A stretch of 64,000 nucleotides of DNA from Candidatus Omnitrophota bacterium (GTDB lineage Bacteria > Omnitrophota > Gorgyraeia > Gygaellales > Profunditerraquicolaceae), in assembly GCA_003598025.1 (NCBI GenBank), contig QZKH01000006.1:172035-236034 (forward strand), read 5' to 3'. Position numbers and translations under genes: made by a program. The notes beneath the pieces are model-generated. The model was given only the letters and a program-made list of their open reading frames with translations. It ran no database searches and had not been told where the DNA came from. Numbering within the stretch: position 1 is the first letter of the stretch; the number at the start of each line of letters is the position of its first letter. Positions 19,040 through 28,145 of the stretch are shown here, in pieces.

Positions 19040-20729
19040 AAATAATCTACATTTTCCCGGTATGCCTGCAGATATTAAAGGCAAAATTTTGCGCTTATCC
19101 GCAAAAATCGATGCTTTTAGATCGGCTCTAGCCGATAAAAGTATCAGGAGGGTCATTGCTGCTGAGTTAGGCAAAAGGAGCCTTAAAATCTGCTACTTGG
19201 AACTGGCCGGCCAAAAAGTAAAAATCCTGAATTATAAAACCGAAGAAATTTTTCCCGGCGCCGATTACATAAGCAGCCTTAAAGCGCTTGTATTCAGTTT
19301 CTTAAGCCAATATGCGATTGAGGGCAGGGATGTTTATGTCAGCATATCGGATATCGGGATGTTTTCGTTTAAGCATATAATTATACCCGCAGTCCCCAAA
19401 AATGAAATCAGAGATGCGGTCCTATGGCAATTAAAAAGCGATCCGGACTTCAACGATGCCGCTATTTTTGATTGGCAGCTTATAAAGGAAGGCGTAGATA
19501 AAGATGGCGTAAAAAAGATTGAAATAATGGGAGTGTTTACAAAGTCCGAGACTATCAACAGTTATCTTGAGCCATTCAGTGAGCATGGGTTAATACCGGT
19601 ATATCTTTCCTGCACCCCGTTTGTTTATCAGGATATCCTTGGCGCTATCCCGAAGAAGCAGGATGCATTCATGGTATTGAATGTCGGCGAAAAGGAATCA
19701 TGGGTTGGGATTTACAATAACAATAAATTGAATTTCATCAGAGAGCTTGCCTTTTCGACTGAAAAGATTATACAGTCTTTGACCGGCGTTTTGGCTTTTG
19801 ACCAAGGTAAAGTTGAGATCACTCCTGGCAAGGCGGCATCGCTAAAAGATAAATACGGCATCCCTATGGATGAAGGTATTGTTTTAGATGGCGGCATAAA
19901 AGCCATTCATATTATATCTCTTATGCGTCCTGTATTGGAGGGGTTGGTTAAAGAACTAAACAGGTCGGTTGAGTACTATAGGAGCAGCTTAAATAATGAA
20001 CTCAAGCCTCCATCGTTATTTATAATGGGGGATTCTTCGGATTTGAATAATTTAGACTTGTTCTTGCGCAAAGAACTTAATATTGATGTCACTAAGCTGG
20101 AAAGCATCCCGCTTCTGGAATCGCCTGAGCCCGGTCAAAAACAGGCAGCTGGATTTAATATTAGACTATTCCCGGGATTGATAGGCACTGTTTTGAATAA
20201 AGGAACTAATATAAATCTTTTGCCATCGGCTTTCCGCACTAAAAAGCTGGAATTGCTTGAAAAGTCTGTTTTAAGGATAACCGGTGTTATATTATCGGTA
20301 GTTTTTATAACAGCTGTTCTTTTCTTCAATTTCCAGATAAAGAGCTATAGAAAGAGGATCGATGTAAGCAGGGCGCATCTAAATGCGGTTGCTCAAACCC
20401 AGATGCTGAAGCAGAGGATCGACGCAAGGCAGTCAGCTATGGATAAGATCAGGCAATACAGGGTCCCTGTATACGGGATATGTAAATTAATAAGTTCTGT
20501 TGTGCCAGACACGATAATTTTAACCGAAGTCAGCCTTGATCAGTCTAAGAATATCCTGGTTATCAAAGGCAATACCCCTGTAGCCGCTAATATGGCTGAA
20601 CCGGTGATACTTAACTTCGTCGAAGCAATGGAAAAATCTTCTTTTATAAGCGAGGCAAGTTTGGCGGCCTCAGAGAATAAAGACGGCATACAGGAATTTG
20701 AAATAAGGTGCATCCTTAATAACAAATAA
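19032..20729 (+). CDS. pilM: PilM-PilN fusion (alignment complex)
   Basis: Actin-like PilM (AELGKRSLK, LNVG, ELNRSVEYY, MGDSS), then INLLP, one TM and a PilN-like periplasmic domain. Confidence 0.8.
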   Translation: MVKNNLHFPGMPADIKGKILRLSAKIDAFRSALADKSIRRVIAAELGKRSLKICYLELAGQKVKILNYKTEEIFPGADYISSLKALVFSFLSQYAIEGRDVYVSISDIGMFSFKHIIIPAVPKNEIRDAVLWQLKSDPDFNDAAIFDWQLIKEGVDKDGVKKIEIMGVFTKSETINSYLEPFSEHGLIPVYLSCTPFVYQDILGAIPKKQDAFMVLNVGEKESWVGIYNNNKLNFIRELAFSTEKIIQSLTGVLAFDQGKVEITPGKAASLKDKYGIPMDEGIVLDGGIKAIHIISLMRPVLEGLVKELNRSVEYYRSSLNNELKPPSLFIMGDSSDLNNLDLFLRKELNIDVTKLESIPLLESPEPGQKQAAGFNIRLFPGLIGTVLNKGTNINLLPSAFRTKKLELLEKSVLRITGVILSVVFITAVLFFNFQIKSYRKRIDVSRAHLNAVAQTQMLKQRIDARQSAMDKIRQYRVPVYGICKLISSVVPDTIILTEVSLDQSKNILVIKGNTPVAANMAEPVILNFVEAMEKSSFISEASLAASENKDGIQEFEIRCILNNK

Positions 20730-20730
20730 C

Positions 20731-21330
20731 ATGAAGAACATTAATTTTAAGATAAAATGGCTAAGCCTTAACGAAGCGCAAAAGAAGATTGCTGTAGTGC
20801 TTATGGTTTTTATAATAATAATATTAGTATTATGGATAACGATTTACAGGCCATTAAGAATAAAGGAACTGAATTTAGGCTTGGAATTGAAAGCCCTTAA
20901 TGCTCAGATTGCGCAGATAGAAAGCATATTTGGCAGCGATGCATCAATAGATGAGGGTATGCTGAGGATAAAAAAGGCGTCTGAAGCTGCTTTGGATAAG
21001 TTGCCAGCAGATGAGAAAGATAGCATAAGGATGCTTTCTGATGTAGCCAGGAAACATAATATTGAAATAATCTCCATTAAGCCTCAGCCAAAATCCTTGG
21101 TTTTAGACAAAGACCGGAAAGAGATCCAGGCTGAAGGCAAAACATGCCATAGTATTTTTGTCTCAATAGATATGATTTCAAGCTTCTCGGATTTGGTAGC
21201 TTATCTGGCTGTATTGGAAAATGAATTTAAAACCTTTATTACAGTAGAAGAGCTTGCTATTAACAGGCTGGAGTTATCAGGGGCGAAATTACCGGTAATC
21301 TTAAGCATTAACCTATATTTACTCAGCTAA
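20731..21330 (+). CDS. pilO: PilO/GspM-like protein
   Basis: N-terminal TM, coiled coil, ferredoxin-like C-terminal pattern; position after pilMN. Confidence 0.72.
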   Translation: MKNINFKIKWLSLNEAQKKIAVVLMVFIIIILVLWITIYRPLRIKELNLGLELKALNAQIAQIESIFGSDASIDEGMLRIKKASEAALDKLPADEKDSIRMLSDVARKHNIEIISIKPQPKSLVLDKDRKEIQAEGKTCHSIFVSIDMISSFSDLVAYLAVLENEFKTFITVEELAINRLELSGAKLPVILSINLYLLS

Positions 21331-21786
21331 ATGAAAGATAAAAAACAACTTGAGGCAATAATTACTGTTGTATTGATAGTCATTTTTATATTTACGCTTG
21401 TACGCGTATTCGGCAGGACCAAGAAGAATCTTACAGCTAACGAGAATGCAAAAACCGTCGTTGGCAGCTTTAATAAGATACAGGCTCAGGAAAAAGATAA
21501 AGATACGCCTAATAAAAGGCTATCCATCTGGCGAGAAGAGGCATTAAAGCTCCAGCTTAAGACTGATCCTTTCACCGGGGCGCGTATCAGCCCGGTTAAA
21601 ACTTCCGTCAGGCAATTGTCTCTTAACGGTATCCTTGCCGATGATAAAGGGATATTAGCAATTATTAATAATGAAATCGTCGGTGTCGGTGACAGGGTCG
21701 ATAACTACATTGTTATAAAAATAGAAAAAGATAAAGTTATATTGAATGATGGAGTAAATAATTTCGAGATCAGGCTTAATAGGTAA
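21331..21786 (+). CDS. PilP/GspC/MshK-like protein
   Basis: TM, DPF motif, L.L.GI...AIINNEIVGVGD.V...VIKIEKDKVIL. Confidence 0.7.
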   Translation: MKDKKQLEAIITVVLIVIFIFTLVRVFGRTKKNLTANENAKTVVGSFNKIQAQEKDKDTPNKRLSIWREEALKLQLKTDPFTGARISPVKTSVRQLSLNGILADDKGILAIINNEIVGVGDRVDNYIVIKIEKDKVILNDGVNNFEIRLNR

Positions 21787-21834
21787 TCCGCTTTTTATAA
21801 CCCTGCGTTTTAAACCCTTAAACCCAAGAAGATC

Positions 21835-22806
21835 ATGTTTCAAAAATACAGCAAGATTATAAAATTCTGCATGCGTTATGGCTGGAAATTCTTTAAGCCC
21901 GGCAGGTTTACGCCTAAAAGATTACCCAATCTTTCTATTGAGGTAACAAATTATTGTAAATCAAGGTGTGTTTTTTGCGCCAACTCTATAATGAAAAGAC
22001 CAAGGGTTAATCTCGATATGGGTTTATTTGAAAAGGCAGTACAAGAATTTGCAGGGGCAGGAGGCGGATGCATTGATTTTAGTGTCTGTATAGGTGAGCC
22101 GTTATTGGATCCATACCTGCTTAAGAGGGTAAGATTTGTAAAAAGTTTTGATAATCTTAAAGGATTAGGTTTCGTTACAACTTTACAGGAATTAAATAGT
22201 TATGACCTGGCAGAATTTATTGACGCCGGTATTGACTGGCTTAATATCTCATCTGTTTTTTCTGGAAAACAAAAATATAAGGAGTTCTTTGGCACAGATA
22301 ATTACGAACAGACGCTTGATAATATAATAAATTTGTTAGAAGAGAACAAAAAGAGAGGCAATAAAATAAATATTAGTTTTGATATAAAGCCGACCGAAGA
22401 GACAATAAGTGAGATAAAAAGCAGCTCCGATTTTAAACTGATTGACAGGTTAACGGACGGACATTTGAGCAAGCGCGTTGATGCAATGTCTATATGTGTT
22501 GACGATTGGATTGGAAATGTGCAGCTGCCGGGTTATTTAAAGAAGAGAAAAAGGCCCCTTTATCCCAGGGTTTTCAGGCCTTGTTCGCTTTTTTATAACA
22601 AATTGATAGTCTATTCAAACGGTAAGATAGGGATATGTTCCTGTCGTGACTTTAACGCAGATAGCGAGATGATATTAGGTGATATAAGAGAAATTGGCAT
22701 TTTGGAAGCGTGGGCCAGCGAGAAAATAAATAATTTACGCAGGAATTGGAGGCTGAAAAATGTCATCCCTGAGATATGCCGAAAATGTTCTGCGTATTCT
22801 TATTAA
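21835..22806 (+). CDS. Radical SAM/SPASM-domain protein
   Basis: CKSRCVFC; GEPLL; C-terminal C...GKIGICSC...CRKC. Confidence 0.88.
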   Translation: MFQKYSKIIKFCMRYGWKFFKPGRFTPKRLPNLSIEVTNYCKSRCVFCANSIMKRPRVNLDMGLFEKAVQEFAGAGGGCIDFSVCIGEPLLDPYLLKRVRFVKSFDNLKGLGFVTTLQELNSYDLAEFIDAGIDWLNISSVFSGKQKYKEFFGTDNYEQTLDNIINLLEENKKRGNKINISFDIKPTEETISEIKSSSDFKLIDRLTDGHLSKRVDAMSICVDDWIGNVQLPGYLKKRKRPLYPRVFRPCSLFYNKLIVYSNGKIGICSCRDFNADSEMILGDIREIGILEAWASEKINNLRRNWRLKNVIPEICRKCSAYSY

Positions 22807-22827
22807 TTACCTTAGGAGGTGACTGAA

Positions 22828-23100
22828 ATGGACTGGAAAATATTCTTTGCTACATTTACCGCTGTTTTTCTGGCTGAGTTAGCGGACAAAACACAATTAG
22901 TCGGTATTGCTATGTCGGCAAAATCAAACAAGCCGTTATTTGTCTGGTTGGGTTCTGTGTCAGCCTATATGATTGTTACGGCGGTATCTGTTATCCTCGG
23001 GGTAAGCTTTGGAAAATATTTAAGGCCGGAGTTGATTAAGTATATCGGCGCGTCGTTATTTATAATTATAGGCTGTTTAATGTTTCTAGGAAAGATATAA
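22828..23100 (+). CDS. TMEM165/GDT1 (UPF0016) family half-size transporter
   Basis: FLAELADKTQ motif, three TMs; SD AGGAGG favours ATG at 22828. Confidence 0.85.
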   Translation: MDWKIFFATFTAVFLAELADKTQLVGIAMSAKSNKPLFVWLGSVSAYMIVTAVSVILGVSFGKYLRPELIKYIGASLFIIIGCLMFLGKI

Positions 23101-23102
23101 TA

Positions 23103-24185
23103 CTAATCCAGGATTGTTTTAAGTTCTTTGGTTTTTTCGAAAAGTTTATTTATGAATTCCTGGATTATTTTACGGTTTTCGCTCCCCATCTGTAAAGAAC
23201 GGCAGATACTATCTGCTGTTTTAAGCAGGGAAAGGGCCTTATTAAAACAGTATTGCTGGGATTTTGATTTTCTTATCAGGTCCCTGAATGCCAATAGGTC
23301 CGAGTTCGTTTTCTTCTCTTTCTTTAAAATGCGCCTGATTGTTATCTTGTCGTTATTATTAAGTTTTTTATAAGCCTGCCATAGGAGAAGCGTTTTCTTA
23401 GACTCAACCAGGTCGCTTAATATAGGCTTGCCGATTGATTTTGAAGAAGAGAAGATGTCAAGCAGGTCATCCTGGATTTGGAAGGCAAGGCCGAGATTAA
23501 CGCCAAGCTTAGATAGTTTTTTAAGCTCTTTATCAGGCACGCCGTTTAGTATCCCCCCTAATAATAAAGGTGTCTCAAAAGTGTACTTTGCTGTTTTAAG
23601 CAGGTAATTCAGGTATATGCTTTTTTGCGAGATTTGTTCTATGTTCTTTGTGCTGTTTACCACATCAATAAATTCGCCGGCCCCTGTAAAAGCGGCGGTT
23701 TCAACCAGTTTCTTTAAAGCTAGTTGTTTTCTCGACAAGTTTTCATCAATCTGCAAAAAGGAATCAATAGCAAGGGCAAATATTATGTCTCCGGCTATTA
23801 TACTTAAGTGCTCTCCAAGTTGTGATTTTTTGCTGACCCCAAATTTATTATTAAACAGGATATGCAGCGTTGGCCTGCCTCTGCGTAGATAGGACTTATC
23901 GATCACATCATCATGGATAAGCATGAAATCGTGGAAAAGCTCAAGGGCCAAAGAAGAGCGTAATAATTTTGGGAAATTTATTTTCTTATTTTTTGCATAT
24001 CCGCAATAACTTACGATGTAGAGTATCGGCCTGATACGCTTGCCTTCCCTCTGCAGGAAATCTTTGATACACTGATAAAGGGCAGGTGATACAGAATTTA
24101 CCTTGTAGTTTTTTAAGGTATCGGCAAGGAATATGTCTATGCTTTTATTCAACCGCGCTTTAAGATAATTGACGTCTATTTTCAT
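23103..24185 (-). CDS. crtE: Short-chain polyprenyl (probably GGPP) synthase
   Basis: GKRIRP, FARM FMLIHDDVID with Phe at -5, RRG, KTA.Y, SARM FQIQDDLLD. Confidence 0.85.
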   Translation of the reverse strand: MKIDVNYLKARLNKSIDIFLADTLKNYKVNSVSPALYQCIKDFLQREGKRIRPILYIVSYCGYAKNKKINFPKLLRSSLALELFHDFMLIHDDVIDKSYLRRGRPTLHILFNNKFGVSKKSQLGEHLSIIAGDIIFALAIDSFLQIDENLSRKQLALKKLVETAAFTGAGEFIDVVNSTKNIEQISQKSIYLNYLLKTAKYTFETPLLLGGILNGVPDKELKKLSKLGVNLGLAFQIQDDLLDIFSSSKSIGKPILSDLVESKKTLLLWQAYKKLNNNDKITIRRILKKEKKTNSDLLAFRDLIRKSKSQQYCFNKALSLLKTADSICRSLQMGSENRKIIQEFINKLFEKTKELKTILD

Positions 24186-24264
24186 GTGCCTATGTTAGCA
24201 TAAAGCAAATTTTATTACAATAAATTGTTGAATATTGGCCTCTTTGTTATAGTATAATAAACAT

Positions 24265-25167
24265 ATGGGACTAACGCTGCGCCAATTCATTTCAAGCCTG
24301 CGCCTTCCTTTTGTAAGTTCAAGCTTGATTCCTTTTATTTTCGGTTCGATCATTTTCCGGCAAGATTTTAAATGGTTTAATTTTATTTTCGGCATATTTG
24401 CTGTCCTGTTTGCGCATCTTGGCGCTAATGTCTTCAATGATTATTGTGACAGCAGGTCAGGTTGTGATTGGAAGGACCTTAATTCTTACGGATTCTTTGG
24501 GGGCTCAAAACTTATCCAGCAGGGAAAGCTCAGCGAACGGTATTATTTGTTTTCCGGATTGGTTTTTATGTTCCTTGCGTTAGTCTGCATGGCCTGTCTT
24601 TTTATCAAACTAAGAGATTATAAAATAATATATTTCGGGATTTTAATTGTTTTATTATCGGTCGGTTATTCGCTGCCGCCTTTAAAATTATCTTACCGGG
24701 GATGGGGAGAGATAGCTGTATTCATTTTATTCGGGCAGGCATTGGTTATGGGCGGATATTATTTACAGTCCGGGATATTCCCTGATTTCAGGTCTTTTAT
24801 GCTTTCGCTGCCGTTAGCCTTTTTAATTACCGCTATTTTATTCTGCAATGAGATACCCGATTTTGATACAGACAGGCTTAGTAATAAGAGGACATGGGTA
24901 GTAAGGGCAGGGCCGAAATATGCCTACTTTGTATATATTCTTATTAATATCTGTTCAGCTGCGGCAATATTTATAAATGTTTATTTTGGTTTTATGCCTA
25001 AACACGCGCTCCTTATTATTTTTATTTTTATTCTCCCCCTAAAGGCAACTTTTATTCTGCGAAAAAGTTATAATTCTAAGGAAAAATTGTTAGCAGCTTC
25101 AAGGTTAGCCATAATTACACACAATCTTAGCGGCATCGGATTAATATTAGCAACAGTTTTACGATGA
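24265..25167 (+). CDS. menA: UbiA-family prenyltransferase, MenA-like
   Basis: NVFNDYCD..SG.D, GGS, YSLPPLKL.YRGWGE, NEIPDFDTD...KRT.VVR.G. Confidence 0.7.
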   Translation: MGLTLRQFISSLRLPFVSSSLIPFIFGSIIFRQDFKWFNFIFGIFAVLFAHLGANVFNDYCDSRSGCDWKDLNSYGFFGGSKLIQQGKLSERYYLFSGLVFMFLALVCMACLFIKLRDYKIIYFGILIVLLSVGYSLPPLKLSYRGWGEIAVFILFGQALVMGGYYLQSGIFPDFRSFMLSLPLAFLITAILFCNEIPDFDTDRLSNKRTWVVRAGPKYAYFVYILINICSAAAIFINVYFGFMPKHALLIIFIFILPLKATFILRKSYNSKEKLLAASRLAIITHNLSGIGLILATVLR

Positions 25168-26306
25168 AGAAAAAAATACTAATAATCGGAGCAGGTTTTG
25201 CCGGATTACAGGCTGTTAATATTATCCGTTCAGGCTTAAAAAGGATAGTTGATTTTGAGCTGGCGGTTGTTGATAAAAAAGAGACTTTTGATTTTCTCCC
25301 CATGTTACCTGATATAATCTCCGGCAGAGTATGGCCAGGCAATGCCAGGTTGGACTTGAAGGAATATTTCTCCTCTTTAGGTGTTGATTACATACATGAC
25401 GAGGTTGTGGCATTACATTTGAAAGAAAAGTATGTTGTATTAGCTTCAGGCCGGATAATTGAATTCACATTTATATTGCTAGCTAGCGGTTCCGAAACAA
25501 ATTTCTACAATAAAGCGGATATCAAAGAAAGGTTTTTCAGGCTGGATTCCGCTTCTGATGCTTTAAAGCTTCATCTTGAAATAATGAAAGAGCCCGGCAG
25601 GAATATTTTGATAGTCGGAGCAGGATATACCGGAGTAGAAGCCGCAAGCAGCGTGCTTCAATTATTAAATAAGCTGAATGCAAAGAGCAGGGTTTATTTA
25701 ATAGAGATATCCAGTAATATTCTGTCTGTTTTGCCTGAATGGATGAAAAATTACATTGAAGATATGATGCGTAAGCAGAACGCCAGGATATTGACAGGGG
25801 TTTCTCTTGAAAATTTCGAAAATTCAAAAGCGCTGCTTTCAGACGGTACAATTATTGAGAATGCTTTAGTGGTTTGGGTGGCCGGAGTCAGGGCACCTGA
25901 TTTTATCAGCAAGGCAGGGATAAATCGCGATAGGCAGTCAAGAGTTATAGTAGATGGATATCTTTGTTTTGCTGAAGGCGCGTATGCTGCCGGAGATTGC
26001 GCAGCTTTTAATTATCGCGGCAAGGTGTTGCGCATGGCAGTGCAATTTTCTATTTTTGAAGCCAGGACGGCAGCCAATAACATCCTAAATGAAATACGGG
26101 GCAGGGAAAGAAGATTTTACCATCCTATAGATTTGGGATATATAGTCCCGTTGTCCAATGGTATTGGCTGTGGCCAGGTTCTTAATATAAGAGTGAAAGG
26201 CCGCATAGCCTGGTTTATGCATTGGATTATGTGTATATACCGGACGCCAAAAGCGGCAAGAAGGATCAAGTTGATTAAAAACCTAATATACGGCAAGGAG
26301 GAATAA
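25164..26306 (+). CDS. ndh: Type II NADH:quinone oxidoreductase family flavoprotein
   Basis: GAGFAG, FLPMLPD, second GAGYTGVE, VWVAGV, AAGDCA, MAVQ. Confidence 0.82.
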   Translation: MKKKILIIGAGFAGLQAVNIIRSGLKRIVDFELAVVDKKETFDFLPMLPDIISGRVWPGNARLDLKEYFSSLGVDYIHDEVVALHLKEKYVVLASGRIIEFTFILLASGSETNFYNKADIKERFFRLDSASDALKLHLEIMKEPGRNILIVGAGYTGVEAASSVLQLLNKLNAKSRVYLIEISSNILSVLPEWMKNYIEDMMRKQNARILTGVSLENFENSKALLSDGTIIENALVVWVAGVRAPDFISKAGINRDRQSRVIVDGYLCFAEGAYAAGDCAAFNYRGKVLRMAVQFSIFEARTAANNILNEIRGRERRFYHPIDLGYIVPLSNGIGCGQVLNIRVKGRIAWFMHWIMCIYRTPKAARRIKLIKNLIYGKEE

Positions 26307-26307
26307 A

Positions 26308-26679
26308 ATGGGGGCATATGTATTAGTACCTATCCGGCTGGTTATGGCGGTTATATTTTTGAAGGCAGGGCTTGGGAAAGCGTTTGGCTGGTTTGGGGGG
26401 AATGGAATTACTGCTTTTTCTGAATTTATCGGCGGCATAGGTTTTAAACCAGGATTATTTTGGGCAAATTTAGTTGCATATTCCGAAATTGTGTGCGCTC
26501 TTTTTATCCTTGTTGGTTTTTTAAGCAGGCTCTCTTCAGTTATACTTGCGGTGATAATGGCTGTTGCCATATTAAAAGTGCATTTAACTTCAGGTTATGA
26601 ATACCCTTTGCTGATTCTTGCCTGCTGCCTTGCAATAATCATCCAGGGGCCGGGAAAATTAGCAGTAAACAATTTATAA
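26308..26679 (+). CDS. DoxX family membrane protein
   Basis: RLVMAVIF...G..K, E......L.G...R, GYEY, GPGKLA; SD AAGGAGG. Confidence 0.9.
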   Translation: MGAYVLVPIRLVMAVIFLKAGLGKAFGWFGGNGITAFSEFIGGIGFKPGLFWANLVAYSEIVCALFILVGFLSRLSSVILAVIMAVAILKVHLTSGYEYPLLILACCLAIIIQGPGKLAVNNL

Positions 26680-26693
26680 TCTAAGTATATCTT

Positions 26694-28145
26694 ATGGGCA
26701 AAAAAATATCGATAGTCGGAGCTGGCATAGGTGGGCTTGCTTTAGCTGCGAGGCTGGCAAAGGATGGATATAATGTGGAAGTTTACGAGAAGCTATCTAG
26801 GTGCGGGGGGAGAAACAATATAATTGAAGATAGCGGATATAAATTTGATACCGGGCCTTCTTTTGTTTTGATGCCTGATTTCTTCGACGAACTTTTTTCT
26901 TATTGCGGCCAGGATATAAAAGATTATCTGGAGCTGAAAGCTTTAGATATCAGCTATAAAATATTCTATGCCGACGGCCAGGCAGTGACAGTTTATAGGG
27001 ATTCGGAAAAAACAAAAGAGAGCATAGAGAAGATTGAGCGAGGGGCTTCGAAGGCATTTGATGATTTTATCTTTCAGACAGAAAAAATATATAAGAGCGT
27101 AAGGCCGCTTTTATACAAAAGCTTCAGGCCGCAGGACATTTTGAATTTAGCTAATATAAAACTTATAGCGAAAATAAAGGCATTTGATACATACTGGAGC
27201 CTTGCCAAGAAATTCTTTAAAAGCGAGAAACTCTGCTATGCTTTTACTTTTGAGGCTATGTTTATGGGGGTTTCTCCTTTTGATGCTCCGGCTTTTTACA
27301 GCATAATAAGCTATACTGATCATAGGCAAAAGATTTTTCACCCTATGGGAGGCATGTATAAGATTCCCCTCGCATTAGAAGAGATGGCAACAAAATTCGG
27401 TGCAAATTTTAATTATAATTCAGAGGTCAGCAGTATTAGTAAATCTTCAAATGGTTCGGTCGAGCTAAAGATCGGGGAGGAACGCATTAATTCGGATATA
27501 GGCGTTATCAATGCAGATTACTCTTATGCTCAAGAAAGCCTTTTGAATAGGCGCCTGCCGGGTTATAAATATTCTTGTTCAGTATTGCTTTTCTACATCG
27601 GAGTAAGAAAAAAACTCAGCAATTTAACCCACCATAACCTGTTTCTTAGCGGAGATTTGAGAAAAAATCTGACGCAGATATTTAAAGATAAATCTGTGCC
27701 GGACGAGCCGTCATTTTATGTTCATGTCCCCACGGTAACTGATCATAGCTTAGCTCCAAAGGGTAGCGATATACTATATGTCTTAGTGCCCGTTTCTAAT
27801 CTTAGCGGTAAAGAAGGCAGGATTGACCAGAGCCAGGAGCAGAGGATAAAAGAGTTTGTATTCCAGAAGATAAACGAAGTATGCCGGGAAAAAATTGAAG
27901 ATTATATTGAAGTTGAGCTTAAATTTTATCCCGAAGATTTTATCGGCAGGTATAATATAAAATATGGCGCAACTTTTGGTCTCGCCCATAACTTCATGCA
28001 GAGCGCATTTTTCAGGCCCAATAATCATGATACAAGAATTAAAAACCTTTATTATGTCGGAGCCAGTACACAGCCGGGGGGAGGGCTGCCTGTTGTAATT
28101 GCCAGCTCAAAGATAGTTTCTGACCTTATTAAGTTACGCGGTTAA
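26694..28145 (+). CDS. crtI: Phytoene desaturase (CrtI family)
   Basis: GAGIGG, GGR, FDTGPSFVLMP, HPMGGM, HHNLF, PSFYVHVP..TD.SLAP, FGLAH...QSAFFRP, VGASTQPGGGLP. Confidence 0.92.
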   Translation: MGKKISIVGAGIGGLALAARLAKDGYNVEVYEKLSRCGGRNNIIEDSGYKFDTGPSFVLMPDFFDELFSYCGQDIKDYLELKALDISYKIFYADGQAVTVYRDSEKTKESIEKIERGASKAFDDFIFQTEKIYKSVRPLLYKSFRPQDILNLANIKLIAKIKAFDTYWSLAKKFFKSEKLCYAFTFEAMFMGVSPFDAPAFYSIISYTDHRQKIFHPMGGMYKIPLALEEMATKFGANFNYNSEVSSISKSSNGSVELKIGEERINSDIGVINADYSYAQESLLNRRLPGYKYSCSVLLFYIGVRKKLSNLTHHNLFLSGDLRKNLTQIFKDKSVPDEPSFYVHVPTVTDHSLAPKGSDILYVLVPVSNLSGKEGRIDQSQEQRIKEFVFQKINEVCREKIEDYIEVELKFYPEDFIGRYNIKYGATFGLAHNFMQSAFFRPNNHDTRIKNLYYVGASTQPGGGLPVVIASSKIVSDLIKLRG

